DNA of 64,000 nt from Marsupella aquatica (GCA_973895155.1 OZ316896.1:14604684-14668683); one strand, 5' to 3'; counted from the stretch's first letter, positions 51,737 through 63,737 are shown. A program made the numbers and translations. Notes: generated by a model from the sequence alone, not told the origin.

Positions 51737-52068
51737 GTAAACGGAACCAAGCGTTACAAAGTTTCGGGCCCTCTCTATTACACTTTACACTGTCGAAGGT
51801 AAACGGAACCAAGCGTTACAAAGTTTCGGGACCTCTCTTTTACACTTTACAGCAACGAAGGTAAACGGAACCAAGCGTTACAAAGTTTCGGGCCCTCTCT
51901 ATTACACTTTACACCATTGAAGGTGAACGGAACCAAGCGTTACAAAGTTTTGGGCCCTCTCTTCTAGACTTTACACCGTTGAAGGTAAACGGACCAAGAG
52001 TTACCTCTCTTTACACTTTACACCGTTGCAGGTAAATTGAACCAGGCCTTACAAAGTATCGGACCCTC
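51737..52068. repeat. 62-bp tandem repeat (4 full copies, 1 deleted, 1 decayed) immediately upstream of USP39
   Basis: GT(A/G)AACGGAACCAAGCGTTACAAAGTTT(C/T)GGG(C/A)CCTCTCT..ACTTTACA starts at 51737, 51799, 51861, 51923, 51985 (short) and 52032 (diverged). Confidence 0.95.
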
Positions 52069-52339
52069 TGGTCTGCAAGGACGACTTTTAGTTTTATAGT
52101 AGCCTTGAGTGAAAGAACATCAATAAGGTAAATATGAAGAAAACAAATCACCTCACAGGAAGCCCGCGAAGCCCTTGGGCGCACCGAAAGTGGATACACC
52201 CAGGCCATTTTTTTCGGGGGTAGTCAACATTGAGTGGGCTTGCGGCACCCGAATCTAATTCTTGTAAGCCTGATCCTTGACCTTCAACCTTTGGGGACAA
52301 AGCACATTTGGCAGAATCAATTGCACAAAGTTTTTTACA

Positions 52340-53200
52340 CAAGTTTTTCCTCTGCAACTTGGAAATTGTATGAAGATATGCATTCCAGAAAGCCAGATAG
52401 GAGTGATTTTGAGAGATACATTGCAGTCAACAAGGAGAGAGGATTCACTAGAATGTTTGCATCACTAGAGTGCATGTACTATGAGTGAAAGAATTACTTT
52501 GTTGCCTGGCAAGGGCAATTCACTAACAATGACGACAACAAATCTATATTACTTGAGGCAATTGCAGGTTATGCTATGGATTTGACATGCATTCTTTAGT
52601 CTGCCTAGCGGGATTATATAACAACCTAAATATTTCTACCAATCTCCTTTGGCCAATGACATGTTGCATCAACGTCATGACCTTATAAAGTACAATTTAC
52701 ATGACACAGAGTACAAGTGATGTTACCTTTGTTGAGCATAGACGACATTCATAACGACAAAGCCCATGAACCATCCAACGCACAATAGTCGACACAGAGA
52801 GATACGTGGTTCACTTCCACATGAGGCTACGTCCACGGGAACACACAAGAGCTTTACTGCACTCTAGGCCGACTGGCCATACCAAGCATCCACAGCACAA
52901 GCTCTCCCTATCTCTCAACTAGCTCCGTAACAATGAGCCTAAGTTCCACCAGGGTTTGGCATCAGCCCTGGCTATATGCACAACAGCACTACCGCTAACA
53001 TTAGCTAAGTCCTAATCTGAGTTAGACTAACTGTGGTTAGCTCATGAGTCACAAGACTAGAGCAATATTTAACAACCTTCTGGTGGATGGAATATATCCA
53101 AAGTGGTCTTGTTTTGAGAGCACTCTTCACAAGCCTCAAACATAAAAAGATTTTTTTGTTTGCCAAAGTGCCAAGATGGTGCCATGAACACACAGTTTTG
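52340..53200 (+). mobile_element. PIF/Harbinger transposase relic, interrupted by a solo LTR
   Basis: Translation YEDMHSRKPDRSDFERYIAVNKERGFTRMFASLECMYYE*KNYFVAWQGQFTNNDDNKSILLEAIAG ... YK*CYL|[LTR]|LVDGIYPKWSCF matches plant Harbinger DDE motifs (RGFPGM.GS.DCMHW.WKNCP.AW.GQ; YYL.DGIYP.W), with stops. Confidence 0.85.
52730..53074 (-). mobile_element. Ty1/copia-type solo LTR (345 bp) with 5-bp TSD ACCTT
   Basis: Ends TGTTG...TAACA, flanked by ACCTT at 52725-52729 and 53075-53079. Contains the copia-LTR-like motif (minus strand) CCGTGGACGTAGCC...GTGAACCACGT. Its removal restores the transposase frame CYL-LVDGIYP. Confidence 0.88.
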
Positions 53201-53612
53201 ATTGTCTGTATTGAAGATGAAAGAAGTGAGGCCATGAAGATTTGTGGGTTGAGGCTGGTCCTTTATTGACATTGCATAGATGAGCATGCCCTGGACAGAG
53301 TACCTAGTTCCCACAAAAGAGGTTGAAAATACCATTAATTAGCCTTAGTTTACAATACAAGGAATGACTTAATTGAGCATTTGTGGAAGCGGGACAGTCA
53401 AGCTATACAATGGGCTAGATTAACAAACTTGTAGGAAAAAATACTTTAACATAGCAGAAGTGACAATTGAATGATGACAATTTTATACACAGGTGTATTG
53501 ATTTATTGCATCAATCTTTGTGCAAAAACATTTCCATTATGAACCAAGCTTGAAACTAAATTTGCAGAACATTTAACTACTTCTATATATGGCACTCCAG
53601 CTCTATAGTTAA

Positions 53613-54056
53613 CTAGCCGGATGCCTGAGCCATTGGGGATAATCCTTATCCCGAGACACCATGCACATGTAAGTACCATACAAAGTAGTCGACACAACAA
53701 GTACATGGTTCACCTCACGATTGAGGCTACGTCCACGGAAAGCAAGAGACATTTACTTCCCTCTTGCTCCACTCCAACAATGAACTGAAGATTCACCAGG
53801 GGCTGGCATCAGCCCTGGTTATATACAACATGCATCACTGCTAACCTTAGCTAAGTCCTAACCTGAATTACCCTAATTGTGATTAGCCCTAGAGTCACAA
53901 GACTCAGAGCAATACTCAACATGTGCGTTGCACAAAAGATGTTAAGGTGAGGAAAAAATGTTGAGATGAGTAAAAGATGTCAAGATGAGAAAAGATGTTG
54001 AGGTGAAAACAATGTCAAGGGAAAAAGATGTTGAGGTGAGAAAAAGACATCAAAGA
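53613..54056 (-). mobile_element. Helitron-family 3' fragment split by the second solo LTR
   Basis: Removing the LTR reconstitutes A|CTAGCCGGATGCCTGTGCGTTGCACAAAAGATG, matching 28780 (CTAACCTGATGCCCTGCATTGCACAAAAG), followed by the GAGAAAAGATGT array. Confidence 0.65.
53631..53921 (-). mobile_element. Second, more diverged solo LTR of the same family (~290 bp)
   Basis: Aligns with 52730-53074 (GTCGACAC, GGTTCAC, GAGGCTACGTCCACGG, GGCATCAGCCCTGG, TTAGCTAAGTCCTAA, GAGTCACAAGACT, AGAGCAATA..AACA). Imperfect TSD TGAGC/TGTGC; the left terminal TG has decayed. Confidence 0.75.
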
Positions 54057-55100
54057 GTAGATAGGGCTTTTAAGCAAATTGGTTTTCCCAGCTTTATCCA
54101 TTGTTTTTCTCACATTTATTTTGCTTTCCTTCCCTTCACACCTTGGGGGGCCATCCTGGCGCTACTACTAGGATGGTCGTAGTGGTTGTTACACCGTGTG
54201 GTGTGCTTTGGTTTTGAGTATTTAGGGGAAATCCTCTGTAAGTGCAGGGGGAACTTAGTCGAGTGTTCAGTTTGAGATAAGCATTCAATGAGAACTTGGG
54301 GGGGTCACTACATGGAGGGTCATACATCGTGTGTGATGTTTTAGGGTTTGATCCCCCTAACTTAAAAGTGAAAATATTTTTTTGCAAAACCCTTTCTTTC
54401 TTTAAATTTTGTTATTTTTTACTAAAAAACCCCTAAAAACTTTAAAGAAAGTATTTTTTACAATTAAATAGGCTATGTGTTCTTTAAAGTTGATTAGTCA
54501 ATAAAACATGCCCTATGTGTTCTTCCATCAAACTTTGGAAGTCTTCCTCCACACCTATTTAAATGGGCCTATACGTCATCGCACGTGATGTGCCACTTCC
54601 ATGGAAGTGACCCCCCCCCGAGAGTGAGAATAGGGGATCAATCTGGAGTAGTGAGATGGAGAGGTGCTCATTGTCTCGTGAGGCAGGAGTTGGGTAGATG
54701 GCAGGATGTCGGGTTGCCCATGCAATGTGTTACGTTGGCCACCAAAAGATATGGATTAGGTTGATTGTCACCAATTTTTGTGTGGGGTTGTCTCTCTTTT
54801 TCTTGATTGTGTTCTTCCCCTAGAATGATTCCTTAGAGCAACTTGCATGGTTTGGTCGACCCTATGAGTGGGACTAGTGACAACACTCTATTTGAGGCCA
54901 ATGGGAGCATGAACATGACAGTCCACGAGACAGCATAGAATATGAGTATAGTTGGTAGATTTGATCAAAAAATACATTTTGGGGAGCGAAATCAAATCTA
55001 CTCATTCTTAGTAGCAAACTAATCCCGATAGCATCCCTCCACATCCCTGTCGTACGACACAAACAAATATAAGAGGAAAAAAGTGGTATTTATTGTTTAA

Positions 55101-56650
55101 CTAGCTCAATACATGTGCGTTGCACAAAAGATGTCATGTCACCCAAGATGTCGTTAAGAAAAAAAAGATGTCGTGTCACCCAAAATGTCGTTAGACAAAA
55201 AGATGTTGTGTCGCCCAAGATGTCATTAAATCAATAGTTTCACTAATTCTGGAATATTATTAACGATTTGGAAATTTCATAACAACTTTTTGGAAACTTA
55301 AATCAACTAAATTGTAGATAATATGAGACTTATCAATATCATATTTGAAATTTTTTGATCAAGAGATATAAAGCTTAACAAGCTACTCCTAATAAATCTA
55401 TGCATAACATACAATGTACTCTAGAACTCAAGTTATAGGGAAAAGAATCATTGGTGTTGGAAATTTCATGATCAAAAATTGGACAAAAGAATGTCGAGAG
55501 TTAGTGAAATCACTGATTTAAGAAAAAAATATGCACTGTCGCCCAAGATGTAGTTAAGATTTTGTGTTGCCCAAGATGCCATTAAGAAAAATAGGTGTGG
55601 TGTCGCCCAAGGTGTTGTTAAGAAAAAGATGTCGTGTCACCCAAGATGTCGTTGAGAAAGAAAATGTCGTGTCGCTGAAGATGTCCTGAAGAAAACTAAT
55701 GTTGTGTCGCCCAAGGTGTCATTAATAAGAAAAAAGATGTTATGTCACCCAAGATGTCCTTAATTAAGAAAAAAAATGTCATGGCACCCAAGATGTACTT
55801 AAGAAAAAGATGTTGTGTCACCCAAGATGTCGTTAATAAAAAAGATGTTGTGGCACCCAAGATGTTGTAAAGAGAAAAGCTGTTGGTAAGTAAAAATGAT
55901 GTCGTTAAGACAAAAGTTGCACAAAAGATGGTGTGGTGAGAAGAAGTAGTTGAAGTGAGAAAAAGATGTCAAGGGAGAGGAAGATGTCGAGGTGAACAAA
56001 GATGTTGATGAGAAAAAGAAGTCGAGCAAAAAATATGTCAAGGAGAGAAAAGATGACAATTTGAGAAAAATATGTGGAGATGAGGGAAAGATGTTGTGGT
56101 GAGATAAAAATGTGAAAGTGAGAAAAAGGTCAGATGTAGAGGTGAAAATAAATGTCAATTCAATGAGAAAAAGAGATGTTGAGGTGAGGCAAAGAAGTCA
56201 AGGTGAAAAAAAGATGTCAAGGAGAGAAAACATGGCAAGGTGAGAAAAAGATGTAAAGATGAGGAAAACATGTTGAGGAGAGAAAAGATGTTGAGGGGGA
56301 GGGAAAGATGTTGTAGTGAGAGAAAGATGGTAAGGTGAGAAAAAGATAAGATGTAGATGTGAGAAAAGATGTGGAGATTAGGAAAAGATGTCAAGTCAAA
56401 TAATAAAATATATGGAGGAGAGAAACAAAAATCAAGGACCTAAAAGATGTCGAGTCAGATGAGAAAATATATGGAGGAAAGAAACAAAATCAAGGACCTA
56501 AAAGATGTCGAGGGTGAGAAAAACATTGTCTTGGTGAGATAAAGATGTAAATGTGAGGCAAGATGAGAGATGTCAAGGCAAGGTAGAGTTATTGTGGTGG
56601 TGTTCAACAACTCATGCATTTGCACATAGAAATTGGAGACGCGAGATAAC
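55101..56650 (-). mobile_element. Composite non-autonomous Helitron-like element with ~34-bp and ~20-bp tandem arrays (5' end not located)
   Basis: The minus-strand end TGTGCAACGCACATGTATTGAGCTAG|T is a hairpin plus CTAG. GTGTCACCCAAGATGTCGTTAAGAAAAAAGAT array at 55130-55910, GAGAAAAGATGT array at 55925-56590, then GCACATAGAAATTGG..GCGAGATAAC shared with 29433-29468. Confidence 0.7.
55229..55518. mobile_element. ~290-bp MITE with imperfect ~24-bp TIRs inserted into the tandem array
   Basis: Left AATCAATAGTTTCACTAATTCT versus right reverse complement AATCAGTGATTTCACTAACTCT. AT-rich interior; it interrupts a GTCATTAAGAAAA unit with a TA (or TTAA) duplication. Confidence 0.7.
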
Positions 56651-59600
56651 GGTCATTGTAGCATAGAGTCCAAGCACAACCAAATGATACCAAAAAAATT
56701 GTTTTAATTTTTTATTTAGAGAAATTAATATTGACTATACATTTTATTTATACTCAAGTTTTACCAAAACTTGAAGGCTAATATCCAATTCTTTACAACT
56801 CAATTTTAATAATTAGTTTTTAATTAATATTCAATAAATTTGTTATCTTTGTCAAGTTTGGGGGTATGCTAGGGGTAGCTTGGGCAGAGGTAATTGAGAT
56901 TAATAGGGGTATGGATGGATCCAGCCGTTGCAAAAAAACAAATTTTCAACTAAGGGCTAAGATTTGTTCCCATTTTTTCTTGAGTTTGTAAATGTACCCT
57001 TTCTAGAGTAAATGGTATTATAGTGACTTATAGTGCACTCAATATTGTCTTCTTGTGTATCTATGATGGTACAGTCAGGTTTCTCCTTGATAGTTGTGCA
57101 TGCAATTGAATTAGTTTCATTTTTGTCTTTTGTCTCCACCATTTGATTCACTTTTGTGTGAAAAAATTTGCTGTACTTTTGGTCCACTCTATATTTAATT
57201 CATTTTTGGTTTTATCCCTTGTGTCTATTGATTACCTTTTTTGTTGGCACTGCATTTTTGAATGACGACCACTGGAAAAAAAGGCGCAACAGTGTATTAT
57301 AGTTTAGGATAAGCAGGTGACACTTGGACTCAAGTTGTTACTTATACATTACGTATTTTCTTGACTTGCTGAAAAACTTTCTGTTGGGCATTTGGTTCTA
57401 TCGATCTCTTGCACCCAGTTTGGTTTGATCAAATGCAGATGCTCTCTGTTTCGTGACTTGAGGAAGATGTCCATGACTTTTCCAAGTGTGGGCCAAAAAC
57501 CCTTGAGCTGAAGGTTTGCTATACCAGCACAGGCTCTTGCATGTTAGGAGTACATTTGATGCATTTTATAGATCTTTATTTTTCTGTGGCTATCCATAGT
57601 GATGTGTTTCAAATTGGGCCATGGTGAAACGTTTGTCGTGTGGAAATCTTCACTTTGACATTTCCATGGATTTTTTTCAGACAAAAGACTAAGATAAGAC
57701 TCAGCCAAAATGGTCATCAAAATGCAAGATTGATCCAAGTTTACAAACTCATTGAATTGCTGGAACCTAGTGAATGAGGAATGAAGGGGTTGCTTAATTG
57801 ACTCACAAATATAACCTGAAGTTGGCTCAATTTTGGGCGATAATAACCATCTTTGTTCCCGTGCTTGTGTGATGTTGTTGTCATTGGAGTCATAGTTGAA
57901 GTTGTTGGCGTACAAGAGATCTAGTTGAGTACATCTCTGTGTGGCCTTTTTCATGGCAGAAGCAGAGCAGAGCCAAAAACGAGAGATGTGGCAGCAAGTA
58001 ACAAGCAACGTTGCTGATGATATGCAAATGATAGACTCAGTCACCGAGTCTCATTCGACGCAAAGGAGGAGCAAAACAAAGAACAGCACTACCAAACTCT
58101 ATTGTGGGGCCGTGCTGGTTGAATGTGGGACCCGTTTTCACAATCATCATCAATATTATATACTACTATTTATACTACTTAATAATCATCATGAAACTTG
58201 CTATGAGAAATACCTACATGAATTGTTGACAATGCATATATTGTGATGCACATGGTTTGTAAACATGCACTGCCACCAATAAAGCATCCAAAAGTGTTCA
58301 ATTTTTGCATCTTAACCAAAGTTGCATTCAACTGGAAGTTTGATCTCCATTGTAGGCAACCGTAGGCCTTCTACAAATATTTGTGCTATTCTTTCAAAAG
58401 AATTGTGAGCAATCTAAAACTATTTCACCATAAATGACATGTGTCTTGCATCCAAAATTAGCAAAAGGCCATTGCAACTTCCAGCTAGTTTTTAGGCATA
58501 TTGACCTTGCAATATTGACATGGTTGTTGATCTATTTTTACTTGATAATAGACAAAATGATTCAATTCTAAATTAATTTTTTAGCTCATTTCAAGAAGGC
58601 TATTAAATACTTTTAAACATACATGCTACGGTAGTATGATTGCAGTTGGGAAAAATATATATAATATTAATATATGTTTATTACAAATATTAAACTTAAC
58701 ACATTCCCAATTAATAAGAATAAAAATTAGAAACCTTTTTGGGATTTTATTATATACTAGGACTAAAACATTGCATGTGATACAATGGTGCCAATACTAT
58801 CGCATACATTTGTTCTCCTATCTTTCAGCCACTTTATTTTGTTTTCTTTCTCTCTTTCTCTCTTTTTTGTCTTATTTTTCCTTTCTTGAATTCATGGCTT
58901 CCTCTCTTATATTCTCTCTTTTATGTATGCTTCATATCTTATATTATTTATTTCTAATCTGCTTCTTGGTCTGTCATTCATTGCTCTTTGTCTTGCTTCT
59001 TGCAATTTTTTGCAATTTTTGAGCATGAATTGTTCTGAATGTTAATTGAGACACAAAATTGAAGCTGCTATATGGTGAATGCAACTTTCAATATATTATC
59101 TTATTCAAACTTCTTTTGTTATGCATTTTTATTTCAATGTGTCTTACCAAGGTGCATCCCTTGTATAGTTTAGATTTCCAATTTATTCTGGCACCCCTCT
59201 AATTTTTTTTAAATCTTTGTTATATTTTAAAATCATCCACCCTGTAACAAAGCTCGTTGAATTTCTAGCCCTTATTCTCATGAGTACAGAAGAAATGATC
59301 TAAACAGTGTGCACACCTTATGTCTTTAAGTACTACTCATGGTTTTGTGTCTTAAATTTATGGTTTTAATTATTTTCAGTGTCATTACCTAAAGTAATTA
59401 CATAAGTATCTTTACTCATGTACATTATGTGCACATCCCAATACCATAAACTTAAGCTTTCTTGTTCATTATTATTTTTCTTTACATGTGTACTTTTATT
59501 TTTGTACCTTATGTGCACAAGTTTCAATATCATAGACTTCTTCCTAGTCAATGTTTTGTTTATAGGACACCTATATATCACTAAAAAATATGAGCATGAG

Positions 59601-61611
59601 TAAGTTATGAGCATGAGTAGGTATACTTATCATCATATGGTTAATGCTGTACAGTTTTATTTAAAATAATTAAGTAGGGTAATAAATAACTCAGACACTC
59701 ACTCATGATGTCCTACCCTCCATACATATAGTGGCCACACCAAGGATTGAAAAACCACTATTGTATAATTATCAAAATGATTAAGGTGGAAATTAAGGCG
59801 CCTCTCCCCAGTGAGTACCCTTATGCTATCCATAGTTTCTTTGTGAGAGAGTAAAAAGAATGCCACAAATGTGTTGGAAATGTCATGTCTGTGGTCCCAA
59901 CATCCTCCATAGTGTTTGCCTCAATCCGCACATCATCATTTTCTTTTCAATCTGCATTGTTGCTTTTGCTTCGGTCCTTCATTGTGTCCAATATTTGTGT
60001 AATGCAACTACTCTAGCTCTTGCTGGTTGCCGATTCAATCCCCCTTGAGAGTAAGATTTGTTTGTTCATATTTTGTTTTCATTTTCAATTGTCAGTCCTT
60101 AAACCATATCAAATCATCCACACCGTTTGCAGGTCTTGGCTTTGGAGATATCGCTGGTACTATTCTTACTGTCCTGAGATTTCTGTTGTTTGTCTCAACT
60201 TGATCCATGGCCATAAAGAACTTGTGTTTAGTAATCTTATTTTCCTGCTACGTTGGCTACTTGGGGGAGGTGTGATGTGGAACCTGACCTGATCTGGACT
60301 ACAATTTTGGAGCATTCCGTGTTTACAGTGCCTTCGCGACATTTATGTGTTAACTTTGAGCTTAACGATTCCTGTGAAAACTCGTAAGTCAATTTTAATC
60401 TTTGTCATGTTGCGATGTTAGGTTCTCATATCTTAGTTGTTGTTTGTTTGCACCAGTGCTCTTATGGATTGTTCATTGTTCTTCAGCTTTGATGTCATGA
60501 TAGGGGTCGTGTTAAAAGGCTTTTCTAGGAGAGGGACAAAGCAAGAAGATGACAAACAACTTTGAATACCTATCCTATTCACAGACCATCTGGAAAGTCT
60601 TGTCATTACATCTGACTATGTTGCTGCATTGATTATTGGTTGGATTATCAACGATGGAACACAATGATTTCCTGTAGCTTTTTATTTGCAATATACAGAT
60701 TGAAAAGAACTCGTTTGAAGAATGACAATTGGATTGAACCCCCAACATCTTGTAAAGTTCTCCTGAAGTTTGCAATGTACAGGTTTGATAGCGCAACACA
60801 AGGAGTACTTTTGTTTGTCTTATTGCTGGATCTAGAACCGTTTGTACATTCTATTATATTATTCTTCTTGTCTCTACACTCAATCTTTATTGTTCAAAGC
60901 CATTCTCAACCTTTACCCTAAAGCCTAAATTCCATACTAGCAACCACGAACATGCCTTTTCCATGACTGACATTGAATCAAATTTTCCTGAGTTTTGCAA
61001 GCATGTGCGGGAATGCCATTACCTCCTCAACCCCATAGTATGTGTTGAGGAATACTCACACATGGTTGCTTACAGTTGGTGTGCAAAAGAACCACACCAA
61101 AAAGATCTTTGGTTCATAGCTATGTGGGTCAAGCTTGTAAATTGGTTGCAAGAGGAAAGCTCCTAGACATGTTGGAAGAAGCTATATGGAATACTTGGTA
61201 GTCAAAGGAAAAGAATTTCTTGGGATTCACTCCTAGATACCTATAGGTACAACTCAATGGAGATGCATCTGGAACTTTTACTACTTATTTGACTTAAGTT
61301 GTTTTGTCTTTTGCTTTGTAGAATGGACAATAATTTGCCTTGGAGCACAGCCACTATGATAGTGACTGATCTCGACCTTGGGACGCACCGGTTGAAGTTG
61401 AAGGATGGTTCTTCTGAAGAGTCCCAGATCATGAGTTTGCTAGAGGTTGAGTGGGACCAACCTTTATTGTTCAAAGCCATTAAAGACTATCAGAACTTCT
61501 AGATGTTTACTCTATGACTTACTTCTAGGTTTATCATGCCACCTATTATGGACGAGGGCATAAAATTCATAAATAAATTATTAATTCTTGAAATAATGGA
61601 AGAATGTGAAC

Positions 61612-61950
61612 ATTCCTAAATATTGCATATTGGAGTTACCTACATTATATAGGTAACTTGGTAACTTACCTGGAACCATGTCATAACATTTATGGTGTCA
61701 TTGCTTGAGTTGTGTGGATTCCTAAATATTGCATACAAGATTGCATATTGGAGTTACCTACATTATATAGGTAACTTGGTAACTTACCTGGAACCATGTC
61801 ATAACATTTATGGTGTCATTGCTTGAGTTGTGTGGATTCCTAAATATTGCATACAAGATTGCATATTGGAGTTACCTACATTATATAGGTAACTTGGTAA
61901 CTTACCTGGAACCATGTCATAACATTTATGGTGTCATTGCTTGAGTTGGG
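61612..61950. repeat. 118-bp tandem repeat, ~2.8 near-identical copies
   Basis: TTGCATATTGGAGTTACCTACATTATATAGGTAACTTGG starts at 61623, 61741 and 61859. Confidence 0.95.
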
Positions 61951-63589
61951 TGGATGCTCGCCTACTATATTGGGTTGAGGTGCATGCGAGGGTACACCAA
62001 ATGGCTCCCTCCCTGGCCGGCCACTGCCTCTTGTAGTGTCTCTTGTGTGATCCCTACTTGCTCCACAGGTCCCTGTCTCCTCAACTCCTCAATGCAATCG
62101 CGTGACATGTCAAACAACTAGTGAATAACGGTAGCATAGGTAGTATCTATCCCATCCTTTAGTAAGAGCCTCAACTCCTCCCACTCATCCCACCGCTTTG
62201 GTGAGACCCAAATTGGTGGGCTGGGCATCTGGTCTCATCCTCTTCCTGTACTCCTTGGGTACTTTGGTTTTGGAGGACCAATGCCCAGAGAAGGACGTTT
62301 ACACCGTTCGCTTGGAAGCTCAAGAGGCTCCATCATTGACAATAGTTACTGGAGAAGCTAATCTATTGCCTTAGAACTAAAATAAAGCGGGAAATAAAGA
62401 AGCACTTGATGGATGAGGTACAATAAAGACCAAATGCCAAGCCCCACCCGTTGGGTACTAAAATCTCAAGTGTCACAAAAATAAGGGGAGGGAAACAATG
62501 GAGGGGGAATTGCACATACTTCTTTGTGGACTCACCAAAATGAAAAAAACTGAAAAGTGGCAGTCCATTGAAGAGAGTGTGATGGCTTTACCCCCGCCTC
62601 CCACACCCCACAAGAATGAGCCTCAATCTTTGAAATCTCCAATTCACTCTACATCTTTGGATCATGGGATCTGGCGGTAAAAAATTTGGACCCATGTACT
62701 ACATACATTCTCCATATTGTACTGTAGCTTATATGAGGTCTCTTAGTGCCCTACAATTTCAAATTTCAAAAGTCAAGCCAAGGAGTGGAACCTCACAGCC
62801 CTACTCCAACACCTTAGACACAAGGGCAACCTCAGCTGTTACAGTGGGGTGAAAGTACATAATATGTATTCAAAAATTTTGCCCAAAGCTAGCCCAAATC
62901 TGCCCCGCTTCCTTCACAGGTAGCTGCCCATGCAATGAAATTGCGGCAATTGTTTTCTAGGTATTTCTCACAGAATATTGCTCATTTTTTGATGTGGCTT
63001 TTTCTCAATCATAGATCTCAACTAGCTTTTTGAGCCATATATTGGAACGAACGGATGAGGGTAGGCAATAGGGGTGACGTAAATCGGACAGTTCAGGCAA
63101 GGCGCAGTGCGATTCTCGAAGCTCACTGGGCCCTAAAGATTTCTAAATGACCATTCCATGTTTAGGGTAATGACAGTTTGGTATGGGGTTACTAGTCTGT
63201 AACCTTGTGACCAGAAAGTGAAGAAATGCTGACTGGCAACATCAAAGAAAGTTTTCTGAGCTTTGTGGGAACTGGTTTTAGACTAGAACCCTAACCCAAG
63301 GAGTCATTATCACGAGTAATAAATACCCGGAAAAAAAATTATTGGGCAAGACTTTTTGGGCACAAGGTTATGAAAATGGTGGCACCTAGTGTGACCTTAT
63401 TCCTGACGTGAATTACGCGGAGCATATTATACGAGGATTTGTGGGATTTGTGGTTGAAGGCTGGGAAAGTTTTCCGTAAGCTGGCCAGATGCATGATGCA
63501 GGGCCGGCGGGGATTCTCTTACACCTACTAACCCTGTATAGTCAGCCTTCTTTGTGCCTTCTCATCTTAGTTATGTCTTACAGTCCTGA

Positions 63590-63737
63590 CGCGTAAGGGC
63601 TTCTCTAACGGAGACGGATAACCGTGGTTAGGGCGGACCTCTCGTTCGTAGTTCCAGTCCCCTGCCGCGTAAGGGCTTCTAACGGAGACGGATAACCGTG
63701 GTTAGGGCGGACCTCTCGTTCGTAGTTCCAGTCCCCC
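63590..63737. repeat. 76-bp tandem duplication
   Basis: CGCGTAAGGGCTTCT..AACGGAGACGGATAACCGTGGTTAGGGCGGACCTCTCGTTCGTAGTTCCAGTCCC at 63590 and 63666. Confidence 0.95.

Noticed and set aside
51737-52068. CRISPR-like array (62-bp period)
   Set aside because: The whole unit is repeated with no unique spacers, there are no cas genes, and the context is eukaryotic.
52730-53921. Single TRIM or LTR retrotransposon
   Set aside because: Each LTR has its own TSD, the copies are diverged, and the spacer continues the Harbinger transposase.
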